Shown: positions 45,475-53,872 of the stretch, piece by piece | How the letters are laid out: every line of letters begins with the position of its first letter | How positions within the stretch are numbered: the first letter of the stretch is position 1 | Virus record (IMG/VR): IMGVR_UViG_3300032893_000057 | Coordinates: 1 to 56,372 of that record | Length of the DNA stretch: 56,372 nt | Origin: a virus | Taxonomy: Duplodnaviria; Caudoviricetes | Direction: 5' to 3' (one strand) | The notes under the pieces: model-generated | The model's database searches: none | The model's input: the letters and a program-made list of their open reading frames with translations, nothing else | Told to the model about the DNA's origin: nothing | Translations under genes and position numbers: made by a program

Positions 45475-45648
45475 GGGTTCAGGCACCTTCGTTGCCCGCC
45501 AGCGCCTCGGACAGGGAGCGGGTGAGCATCTGCTCAGCCGTCTCGGTGTCGCCGCGGGCGGTGAAGTAGGCGTGCATCTCCTGGGCGCTCTCGTCCAGGT
45601 AGGCGGCGTAGCTAGGGCCGCCGTAGCCGCTCGCTGCGGCAGGCCTGC

Positions 45649-46002
45649 TCAGGCATCGAGGGCCTCCAGGCCAGCGGCCCGGCGCGCCCGGCGTGCCTGG
45701 AACATCTCGTCCATCAGGGCCTCGGCCGTCTCGGGGCGGACCGGGCCGACCTGGCGGCCAGCGTCCACGGCGTCGAAGAGGCGGCGCAGGCGGCGGGCCG
45801 TGTCGGGGAACAGGGCGACCGCCGTCGCCGTCCCTTCGGCGTCCTCCATCGAGCGGAACTGGAACGCCTGGCCCTCCTCCTCACGGTCCCACAGGAAGCG
45901 GTGGCCGCGGTGACCGGCGTAGTCGCCGGTCTCGACGCACCACATACAGGCGTCGTACCCGGCCTCACGGTCCCTCTTCGTCGCTCGTCCCGGTCCAGCC
46001 AT
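45649..46002 (-). CDS. Hypothetical protein
   Basis: SD GGAGGT; TGATG coupling. Confidence 0.7.
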   Translation of the reverse strand: MAGPGRATKRDREAGYDACMWCVETGDYAGHRGHRFLWDREEEGQAFQFRSMEDAEGTATAVALFPDTARRLRRLFDAVDAGRQVGPVRPETAEALMDEMFQARRARRAAGLEALDA

Positions 46003-46382
46003 CAGAAGTCACCTCCATGGTTCGCCCCGCCGCAGGAGCACTCACAACGGGGACCTTTCGCCGACGTGCAGCGAGCGTCGCAGCGCACGTCCTCGCGGAG
46101 CACGCCCTCGACCGCCCGCAGGCGGACGGGGCGACGATGCTCGACGCAGCAGGGCGCCGCATCCCAGCGGTACAGGTCGGACAGCGACATCGGCCGGACG
46201 TCCACCCACCCGTGCGCCGTTCCGCAGCCGGGGACCAGGAACCGGGGGCAGTAGCACTCGTACGACCCGTAGCGGTTCCGCTGGGTCGTGAGGACCTGCG
46301 TCGCCAGCAGGCGGACCGTGGTCCGGCAGCCCTTGACAGGGCAGCGCCCGAGGAAGGGGACGGGGGGCGGAGAACCAGTCAC
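46002..46382 (-). CDS. Cys-rich phage protein, sigma28-type promoter
   Basis: CDARC..AKG..CECSCGG.NHG. Confidence 0.8.
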   Translation of the reverse strand: MTGSPPPVPFLGRCPVKGCRTTVRLLATQVLTTQRNRYGSYECYCPRFLVPGCGTAHGWVDVRPMSLSDLYRWDAAPCCVEHRRPVRLRAVEGVLREDVRCDARCTSAKGPRCECSCGGANHGGDF

Positions 46383-46391
46383 GTACCTACT

Positions 46392-46447
46392 ATCGGCAGA
46401 TCTCCCGGCCGACTTGAGCGCCCATAGCCTGAATCTACCGCGGTAGA
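46392..46447 (-). promoter_or_regulatory. sigma28-type promoter (46392-46418) and operator TCTACCGCGGTAGA (46434-46447) at a divergent junction
   Basis: CTCAAG-N15-GCCGAT-N9-GTG; perfect palindrome. Confidence 0.8.
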
Positions 46448-46482
46448 GCGGCTATCGTCCCACGGCGGACAAGGAGGCGGCG

Positions 46483-46947
46483 GTGGGCAAGCGGAAGGGC
46501 CTGCGGACGAAGATCAAGAAGGTGCTCGGCCCCCACAAGGGCCCGCTGGAGAAGAAGGTCCACAAGTACCTCCGCAAGCACTACCCGGAGGACACGACCG
46601 GCTGGGTCTGCAACTCGGCCTGGGAGAAGAACGTGGTCCCGCTCGACCGCATCGCCTACGGCCGCCGCCCCGGCGGGCGCGACCCCGACAAGGTCGCCTC
46701 GATGGCGAAGCGGCTCTCGGCCGGGTGGAAGCCGAAGCGGGTGGTGCTGGTTGACCCGGGCGGCTCGCAGAAGATGACCGTCGCCGACGGCTACCACCGC
46801 TGCCTGGCTGCTGAGCACGACGGCCGCGACGACGTGCGCGCCTGGGTCGGCACGCCCCGCGTCGGCGCGGGCAACTGGCGCTCCGACGTGCGCGCGATGC
46901 AGGCGAAGGTGACGAACCTCTCCGGTCTGGAAGACCAAGGCGGCTGA
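46483..46947 (+). CDS. ParB/Srx-like domain protein
   Basis: VPL..I...D..KV......L..G....VVLV....VADGYHR..A. Confidence 0.75.
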   Translation: MGKRKGLRTKIKKVLGPHKGPLEKKVHKYLRKHYPEDTTGWVCNSAWEKNVVPLDRIAYGRRPGGRDPDKVASMAKRLSAGWKPKRVVLVDPGGSQKMTVADGYHRCLAAEHDGRDDVRAWVGTPRVGAGNWRSDVRAMQAKVTNLSGLEDQGG

Positions 46948-47000
46948 TGCCGTCCGATGGGTCCGGGGCTGGCGATGTCCTGACAGCTACGCTCGGCCCC

Positions 47001-47234
47001 ATGGCGACCACCGTCACCCTCACCATCGCAGACGCCGACGCCCCGCGGATCGTGTCTGCGCTCCAGGCACCGAACAAGTACGCACCCGGCGTCGACGCCC
47101 TGTTCTTCCCGCCGACCGGGGCGACCAATGCCGACATCATCAAGGGCTACCTGGTGAACATCTGCCAGCAGGCCACGCTCGCCCACGAGGGCGTCCAGGT
47201 CCCGTCCTCGGTGGGCCTCCCGGCCATCACCTGA
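47001..47234 (+). CDS. Small putative virion protein
   Basis: TACGCT-N7-ATG; T.TLTI.D...PRI..A. Confidence 0.7.
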   Translation: MATTVTLTIADADAPRIVSALQAPNKYAPGVDALFFPPTGATNADIIKGYLVNICQQATLAHEGVQVPSSVGLPAIT

Positions 47235-47294
47235 CCGGCAGAGCCGCGTCGTAGACTCCCGCCCCAACATCCCGACTCTCCGGAGGTCGCCTCT

Positions 47295-48491
47295 CTGATC
47301 CAGGTCGAACTTGGCAACGCCCACCCGCAGGACATCCTCACGACGGCCGGGGTGGAGTCCCGAGTAGACCTCCCCGGCCCCAACGTGACCTACCACCGGG
47401 TGCACGACGGGACCACCTCAGCCGGTCTCGCCGTCTATTCGATGCCCGACGAGGCGGGCGACGACAGCCTCTTCCCCGAGGCGCTCGCCGCTGCGCTCAA
47501 CGGCCAGAACGGCCCGACCCGCAAGCTGCTGATCGACGCGTGGCTCTCCGACCCCTCGGGCGTCAAGGGCCTGCCCAACCACGAGGCCTTCGTGGCGGTG
47601 GCGCACCCGATCCACGGCTCGTGGGCCCGCACGGCCGCTCCCGGCTCGACCCCCGAGTGGGTCTGGTCGGACCATGCCGGGCTCCAGAAGATGCTCGCCG
47701 AGCACTTCGGCTGCGCTGAGGGCCGCCCCGCGGACGTCGAGGACACCCACTACACCCAGCACGGCGCGCTCATGTACCCGCCGGGTGCCGCACCTGACCC
47801 GCTCGCCGACATCGTGATGCTCCACACGAACGCCGGTCGTGACATCCAGGCCGTCCAGATGGCTGGCTTCGGCTACCTGGGCACGACGGGCACGGCCACG
47901 GCCACGGGCGCCTCGTCGCTCACTGGCTCATCGGAGACGGGCGTCTCGCACTCGTCGAACGACTGCGCCTACCAGTGGATCTTCGCCGGTCCGAACTCCT
48001 CGGGCACCGGCTCCACGGTGTACGGCCTGATCCTGTCGAACACCTCGGGCACGACCCCGGTGTACACGATCGACCAGTGGTACAACCCGGCCTCCCCGGG
48101 CGGCGCGGCGGGCACCACGCCCAACGCCACGGCGCACTACCTGGTCTCCTCGGGCGGCCCCCCGGCGATGTTCGTCGGCCTGTCCACCTCCACGGCCACC
48201 CCGGCGGCGGGCGACACCACGCTCGCTTCCGAGATCACGACCGTTGGCGGCGGCCTGATCCGCAAGATCACCACGAACTCGCACTCGGCGGGCGCGGCGA
48301 CCTGGGTGGCGACCACCGTGTTCACGGCCAACGGCTCGGACTCCCTGCCGGTGACCATCGCCAAGGCTGGCTACAGCCAGAGCCTCCTGTCCGGTGCGAA
48401 CAACTCGTACCAGACCCTCGTCAGCCCCACCGCGACGCTGTCTTCCTCCGGCGACCAGTTGACCACATCCTGGACCTTCACCATGACATAG
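47295..48491 (+). CDS. Putative virion/tail protein; probable CTG start
   Basis: GGAGG-N8-CTG; Thr/Gly/Ser-rich C-terminal half with VGLST....AAGDTTLASE tail-fibre-type motif. Confidence 0.7.
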   Translation: MIQVELGNAHPQDILTTAGVESRVDLPGPNVTYHRVHDGTTSAGLAVYSMPDEAGDDSLFPEALAAALNGQNGPTRKLLIDAWLSDPSGVKGLPNHEAFVAVAHPIHGSWARTAAPGSTPEWVWSDHAGLQKMLAEHFGCAEGRPADVEDTHYTQHGALMYPPGAAPDPLADIVMLHTNAGRDIQAVQMAGFGYLGTTGTATATGASSLTGSSETGVSHSSNDCAYQWIFAGPNSSGTGSTVYGLILSNTSGTTPVYTIDQWYNPASPGGAAGTTPNATAHYLVSSGGPPAMFVGLSTSTATPAAGDTTLASEITTVGGGLIRKITTNSHSAGAATWVATTVFTANGSDSLPVTIAKAGYSQSLLSGANNSYQTLVSPTATLSSSGDQLTTSWTFTMT

Positions 48492-48533
48492 CCCTGAAAC
48501 ACTCTGTCACAGTGACGTGATAGAGTGGAGGGC

Positions 48534-49286
48534 ATGGACGGAGTCGAGAAAGCATGTCCGGGACCGCTCTGCAAGGGGCGGTCCCGGCCCGTTGGGGAGT
48601 TCCTCCACAAGCCAAGCCGAGCGCGCGGTGTCTCGTCGTGGTGTCGGGACTGCCACAACTACGACGTGACGAGCCGGAAGGAGCGGCAAAGAGCCGAGGC
48701 CATCGCCGTGCTCGGTGGCCGGTGCGTTCGGTGCGTCATGATGGGCTGTATGGGCGCGTGCTGCGCGGACATTCGTGCCCTCCAGATCGACCACGTTGAC
48801 GGGAAGGGAGGCCTCCGGCGTAAGGGTGGTGAGCAGGGCACGGCGCTCTATCGGGCGGTGAAAGCCAACCCAGCCGAGTTCCAGCTTCTCTGCGCCTCAT
48901 GCAACGTGATCAAGCGGGCAGAGCAGGAGGAATACAGAGCGAAGGGCTCCTACTCACGGGTGGTGCCGACCGAACTGCGACCGACCGACCGAACTGCGGC
49001 CGACGCCCAGCGAGCAGCGACCATGGAGGAACGGTGGGCAGCCAAGTCAGCGGCCGAGGTGGCCGACATTGTCGCCAAGCGTTCCGAAACGCGCCGGGTG
49101 GCACGGGAGAGGAAGCTGCGAGAGGAGGCCGGGCTACCCCCCCATCCGTCGTGGGCTACCCATGGACTCCTCAGGTGCGGCGACTGTGGAAGGCATGTAC
49201 CCCCACTGTTCTCCAGAGGCCTCTGCCACGCGTGCTACCAGCGGGCCTGGTCGGAGGAGCGGCGAAAGATCGAGGGAATGCCGTAG
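48534..49286 (+). CDS. HNH-type endonuclease (inserted, atypical codon usage)
   Basis: WCRDC; LGGRCV.C...LQIDH..G.G...QLLCASCN; TAGAGT-N7-ATG. Confidence 0.8.
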   Translation: MDGVEKACPGPLCKGRSRPVGEFLHKPSRARGVSSWCRDCHNYDVTSRKERQRAEAIAVLGGRCVRCVMMGCMGACCADIRALQIDHVDGKGGLRRKGGEQGTALYRAVKANPAEFQLLCASCNVIKRAEQEEYRAKGSYSRVVPTELRPTDRTAADAQRAATMEERWAAKSAAEVADIVAKRSETRRVARERKLREEAGLPPHPSWATHGLLRCGDCGRHVPPLFSRGLCHACYQRAWSEERRKIEGMP

Positions 49287-49296
49287 CCTCCGCCAT

Positions 49297-49800
49297 GTGA
49301 TCGTTGTGCCGTTCGTCCCCGGCCTGCTCCGCTCCGAGACCGCAGAGTGGGCCGGGGAACGACCGACCGTCCTGGTCCCGCTCGATCCCGCCGACGACCA
49401 GGCGTACTGGCAGGCCCTCTGCCGCTGGTGGGAGATCCACGACCACCTGGTGATCGTCGAGCAGGACGTGCTCCCGGCCGAGGGTGTGGTCGGCGAGATG
49501 CTGCGCTGCCCCGAGCCCTGGTGCGTCAGCCCGATCCCCATCTACGACCCGGGGCCGGAGGGCTTCTCGACCATGGTCGACAGCCTGGGCTGCGCCAAGT
49601 TCAGCCGCTCCCTGCTCGCCCAGTGCCCCGGTGCCGCCTTCGACGCCTACTTCCCCCAGGGCGGCGACAACGCCCCGCCGGGCACCTGGAAGGCGCTCGA
49701 CGCCCGCCTCGGGACCGTGCTGCGCAAGAAGGGCTGGGTGCACCACCGTCATCGCCCGTCGCGCCACCTCCACGGTGAGCCCGTCCTCGAAGGGGGGTGA
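49297..49800 (+). CDS. Glycosyltransferase-like (GT-A fold) protein
   Basis: LVIVEQDV.P...CP.PWC...LGCAKF...W..LD. Confidence 0.55.
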   Translation: MIVVPFVPGLLRSETAEWAGERPTVLVPLDPADDQAYWQALCRWWEIHDHLVIVEQDVLPAEGVVGEMLRCPEPWCVSPIPIYDPGPEGFSTMVDSLGCAKFSRSLLAQCPGAAFDAYFPQGGDNAPPGTWKALDARLGTVLRKKGWVHHRHRPSRHLHGEPVLEGG

Positions 49801-49891
49801 TGATCGTGCCTGAAGTCCCGAACCCAACGTGGGGAGTTGCTTCAGCGTGCAGAGGGTGGTGGGTGGGTCAACGGCGGTAGAGTCCGCCCCC

Positions 49892-50524
49892 GTGACCGAC
49901 CCCCGCGTGGCCTGGTGCCTGCCCTGGCACGGCGCCCTCGATCCCTATGCCATCGGCGGCCAGATGATGGCGCTGTCGGCGGCCCAGCGCGCGGGCATCG
50001 TGTGCGGGCCGCAGATCACCTTCTCCGCCCTCGTCGACCACGCCCGCACCGACCTGGTCGAGATGGCGCGCAGCGCTGGGGCGACCCACCTGCTCTGGCT
50101 CGACTCCGACATCCGCCCCCCGATCGACGTGTGCGAGCGCCTGCTGCGCCACCAGCTTCCGGTCGTCGGCGGCCTGTACTGCTACAAGACGCCGCCCTAC
50201 AACCCGGTCGTGTTCGGCCTGGAGCCCTTCCGCCACGTGGCGCCCAACATGGGCGAGGTGCTCACCCGGGTCGACGGCCTGGGCCACGGCTGCCTGCTGG
50301 TCGACATCCGGGTCTACGACCTCTTCCCGGCGCAGGACGCCTACCGCACCGAGTGGCCCGAGGGCGAGGACGTCCGCTTCTGCCGCCTGCTCGGCCTGCG
50401 CGGCCAGCCGATCTACCTCGACACGACGGTGCGCTGCGAGCACGCCTTCGCCCCCCGCGGCGTCAGCCTGGACGACTGGGACGGGCACTCGACCGAGCGC
50501 GGCGCCATGACCTACATCCGCTGA
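49892..50524 (+). CDS. Glycosyltransferase family 2-like protein
   Basis: AR..LV......HLLWLDSD...VVGGLY...G.GCLL...GEDV.FC...D..V.C.H. Confidence 0.8.
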   Translation: MTDPRVAWCLPWHGALDPYAIGGQMMALSAAQRAGIVCGPQITFSALVDHARTDLVEMARSAGATHLLWLDSDIRPPIDVCERLLRHQLPVVGGLYCYKTPPYNPVVFGLEPFRHVAPNMGEVLTRVDGLGHGCLLVDIRVYDLFPAQDAYRTEWPEGEDVRFCRLLGLRGQPIYLDTTVRCEHAFAPRGVSLDDWDGHSTERGAMTYIR

Positions 50525-51030
50525 TGCACGGCTCGGTACGGGAGTTCGTCCGGCGCGCCGTGCGCGCGTACGGCCTCGGCGGGAGCGTCCTGGAGGTCGG
50601 CAGCTACCAGGAGAACGACATCGTGCGCGACCTGCTGGTGAACGCCACGAGCTACCTGGGCGTGGACCTGCGCGAGGGGCCCGGCGTCGACCTGGTGATC
50701 GAGCCCGGCCGGGCCTTCTACGACCAGCACGAGGCCACCTTCGACACGGTCGTGTGCTGCGAGGTCCTGGAGCACGACCGGCGCCCGTGGGTGACCCTCG
50801 ACGGCATGGCGACGGCGCTCAAGCCGGGCGGCATCCTGCTCGTCACCTGCCGGGGCTTCGGCGAGCACGGCGCCTACGGCCTGCACCGCTGCCCCACCGA
50901 CTACTGGCGGATGCACGTCGACGCCATGGTCGGGCTCTACGAGGACATCGGCGTCGAGCGGATCTACATCGGCCCGGACCTTGAGGAGCGCACCACGCCA
51001 GGGGTATTCGCACTAGGTCGTAAGCACTAG
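50524..51030 (+). CDS. Class I SAM-dependent methyltransferase
   Basis: VLEVGS...Y.GVD...GPGVD...FD.V.C.EVLEH...LKPGG...H..P.DYWR. Confidence 0.85.
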   Translation: MHGSVREFVRRAVRAYGLGGSVLEVGSYQENDIVRDLLVNATSYLGVDLREGPGVDLVIEPGRAFYDQHEATFDTVVCCEVLEHDRRPWVTLDGMATALKPGGILLVTCRGFGEHGAYGLHRCPTDYWRMHVDAMVGLYEDIGVERIYIGPDLEERTTPGVFALGRKH

Positions 51031-51067
51031 GCATAGCCTGCGCGCAACCAAGGCGGGAGGAGCCACG

Positions 51068-52879
51068 GTGCGCAAGATCACTCGACGGCAGGCGATCATC
51101 AGCCTCGCCGGGACGGCGACGTTGGCGGGGGCGGCAGCAGCGGAGGCCTTCGGGCCGAGCGCTGAGCGGCTCACCACGGGGATGATGTTCATGGCGTCGT
51201 CGACGATCACGTCGGTGCCGTCGTCCTCGGGCGCGGGCAACTGGTCGAACCCGGCCACCTGGAACCTGGGGCGCGTCCCCACGGCCTCGGACGTGGTGGA
51301 GATCGCTGCCTCGACCACGGTCACCCTCGACGTCGACGCCTCGGTGGCCGGGCTCACCGTCGACGCGAGCGGCACGTTCCTGTTCGACCCCCACGCGTCG
51401 CGCTCGTTCATCTCGACCGGCAACGTGGTCGTCAGCGGCGTGCTCCAGATGCAGCCGATGTCGCCCGCCATCGTCCACCAGATGACGTTCTCGGGCATCG
51501 ACGAGACCCGCTTCGTCGGTGGGGGGATGATGCCGCTCGACTCCGACGTCGGCCTCTGGGTGATCGGCGCGGGCAAGCTGGTCGCCAACGGCGCGGCGAA
51601 GCGGGCCTGGTGCCACCTCACCGCCCCGGCCACGCCGGGTGCGTCCTCCATCACCGTCGAGGACGCGACGGGCTGGCAGGTCGGCGACGTCCTCGCCATC
51701 GCGCCGACCATCACCGCCACGAACGCCGACACGAACCCGTCGAACGGCAACTGGCCGATGCACACGAACACGGCCTACGACTTCGCCCTGGTCAAGGCCG
51801 TCTCGGGCACCACCGTGACGCTCGACCGCACGCTGACGTGGGCGCACCCGGCGATCACCCTCGTCGACGGCTCGGTCCACTACGCCGAGGTCCTCAACCT
51901 CACCCGCAACGTCCGCATCGCGGGCACCCCCTCGGGCTACACCCACACCTTCTTCCACTCCACCGTCGCCCAGGCCATCAACTACGTGGCGCTCCAGTTC
52001 GTCGGTCCTCGGGGCCTGGCCCCGTCGGTGCGCCAGGACACCAGCGGGCGCACGGGCTACGGCGCCTACCCGAACGAGGCTGGGGGCGCCGTCCTCGGGC
52101 GCTACGGCATCCACTACCACATGATGGAGAACGCCACCAATGGTGAGGTGTCGACAGGCGTGCTCGTGCAGAACTGCGGCAGCCACGGCATCGTGAGCCA
52201 CGACTCCTACGGCGTGACCTGGCGGGACACCATCGTCGACTTCTGCGCCGACTCCGCCTACTGGTGGGACAACCCCCAGCAGGGGCCGCCCGCGCCGACG
52301 AACCCGTTCTCGAACAACGTCACCTACGACCGCTGCCTGGCGTCGCGCGTCACGGCTGGGCACGAGAACGGCGCCTTCGACGCCTCCTGCGGCTCGGGGA
52401 ACGCGATGGTCAACGGCTGCACCGCCGTCGGCGGGCTGGGCAACGGGATGATCTGGCAGTCGTCCTCGGGGGTCTGGAGCGTGCAGGGCTTCGTCTCCCA
52501 CAACAACTCCGGCGACGGCCTGTTCTCCTGGACCCAGCACATCGCGCAGGAGGTCGACGGCGCCTACCTGTTCAACAACGGCGGCTTCGGGATCGACCAC
52601 GGCGCCTACGACAACGCCTTCCACTATGTGAACTGCGTGGTCGCCAAGAACGTCAGGGGCCCGGTGACGCTGCTCGCGGTCTCCGCCGGACCGCCCGACG
52701 GGGACATCACCCTCCAGGGCTGCAAGCTGGACGCGAGCGGCGAGGCCGCCTACTGCGTCACCTTCGCCGGGGCCGAGGTCGCCCCCGGCGGGCCGACCTA
52801 CATCACGGGCTGCTCGATGACGGGCTACACGGTGGCGCCGCTCGGGCCGACGAACGGCGTGCCGGTCCAGGTCTCCTAG
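51068..52879 (+). CDS. G8-domain-like / right-handed beta-helix protein with Tat-like signal
   Basis: TRRQAI leader; G.WS.P.TW..G.VP; AEV.NLTRNV.I.G; LGRY.IHYH; SHGI..H. Confidence 0.75.
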   Translation: MRKITRRQAIISLAGTATLAGAAAAEAFGPSAERLTTGMMFMASSTITSVPSSSGAGNWSNPATWNLGRVPTASDVVEIAASTTVTLDVDASVAGLTVDASGTFLFDPHASRSFISTGNVVVSGVLQMQPMSPAIVHQMTFSGIDETRFVGGGMMPLDSDVGLWVIGAGKLVANGAAKRAWCHLTAPATPGASSITVEDATGWQVGDVLAIAPTITATNADTNPSNGNWPMHTNTAYDFALVKAVSGTTVTLDRTLTWAHPAITLVDGSVHYAEVLNLTRNVRIAGTPSGYTHTFFHSTVAQAINYVALQFVGPRGLAPSVRQDTSGRTGYGAYPNEAGGAVLGRYGIHYHMMENATNGEVSTGVLVQNCGSHGIVSHDSYGVTWRDTIVDFCADSAYWWDNPQQGPPAPTNPFSNNVTYDRCLASRVTAGHENGAFDASCGSGNAMVNGCTAVGGLGNGMIWQSSSGVWSVQGFVSHNNSGDGLFSWTQHIAQEVDGAYLFNNGGFGIDHGAYDNAFHYVNCVVAKNVRGPVTLLAVSAGPPDGDITLQGCKLDASGEAAYCVTFAGAEVAPGGPTYITGCSMTGYTVAPLGPTNGVPVQVS

Positions 52880-52919
52880 CCGGGGCTACGCTGAGCCGCC
52901 GGTAGGCGAAAGGGCCTCT

Positions 52920-53426
52920 CTGGCGTTCACGATCCCCAACGACGTCATCGGCGGGACGACCGAGCAGCACGCCCAGGCCGCCCCCGACACGATCGACTTC
53001 CTGATGCTCCAGGAGGGCTACACCGGCCAGGGCGTCGTCACCGGCTGCGCCGCCACCGCGGACGGCACCGACCTCGTCATCAGCGTGGCCGCGGGCACGA
53101 TCGCGGTGGCAGGCATCGGTATCGGGGGCACGACTTCCGGCCAGATCGACACGGGCTCGGGGACGACGACGCTGTCGGCGGCCGACGCCACGAACCCCCG
53201 CTTCGACATCGTCTACATCACCACGGGCGGGTCCATCAGCCACGCCACGGGCACGGCCTCGTCCAACCCGATCTTCCCCTCGCTCTCGGCGGGCCAGATC
53301 GCCCTGGCGGCGGTCTATGTCGGGCCGACGGTCACGGCCATCCAGTCGGCCGACGTGATCGACAAGCGGGTCTTCGTGCCGTCCCCGGTGGCGCCGCTCT
53401 ACCAGATGGCCGTGAACTTCCGGTGA
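52920..53426 (+). CDS. Putative minor tail protein; probable CTG start
   Basis: (M)AFTIPN...GV.TGC...V.AG...AD.TNPR.D.V...G.A...P..P...LA.V.V...I.D.R. Confidence 0.7.
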   Translation: MAFTIPNDVIGGTTEQHAQAAPDTIDFLMLQEGYTGQGVVTGCAATADGTDLVISVAAGTIAVAGIGIGGTTSGQIDTGSGTTTLSAADATNPRFDIVYITTGGSISHATGTASSNPIFPSLSAGQIALAAVYVGPTVTAIQSADVIDKRVFVPSPVAPLYQMAVNFR

Positions 53427-53860
53427 TCGTCCTCTACGTCGCGGCCCCGGGCCAAGCCAACGCGGCGGCCCGCGAGGCCGCTCTCGCCGCGGTCGCGCCG
53501 ACGCCCGGCGAGGCCCTCCCCCGGGTCCAGGACATGCGCCTGCCGGTGCTCGTGCTCTACAGCCCGGTGCTCAACCAGTTCTCCAGCTACTACGACGACG
53601 GCACCCTCACCCAGGCGACCTACCTGGCCGACCCGATGTACGCCGAGGAGGTGACGGCCAGCAACGAGGCCACCATCCAGGCGAATGCCGAGACGGCCCT
53701 CACGACCAACGCCACCTTCCTCGGCCAGGGCGCGCCGACCTACCCGCTCACGATCGCCGAGCAGCAGGCGCTCGTGGCCCAGGTCGCCGCGCTGACCCAC
53801 CAGGTGAACGGCCTGATCCGCCTCGCGCTGGCGCAGTTCGACTCGACCGCAGGGACCTAA
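53423..53860 (+). CDS. Hypothetical virion-associated protein
   Basis: GTGA overlap; Q..ALT.Q..GLIRL....D. Confidence 0.75.
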   Translation: MIVLYVAAPGQANAAAREAALAAVAPTPGEALPRVQDMRLPVLVLYSPVLNQFSSYYDDGTLTQATYLADPMYAEEVTASNEATIQANAETALTTNATFLGQGAPTYPLTIAEQQALVAQVAALTHQVNGLIRLALAQFDSTAGT

Positions 53861-53872
53861 GGAGCAGCCTCT

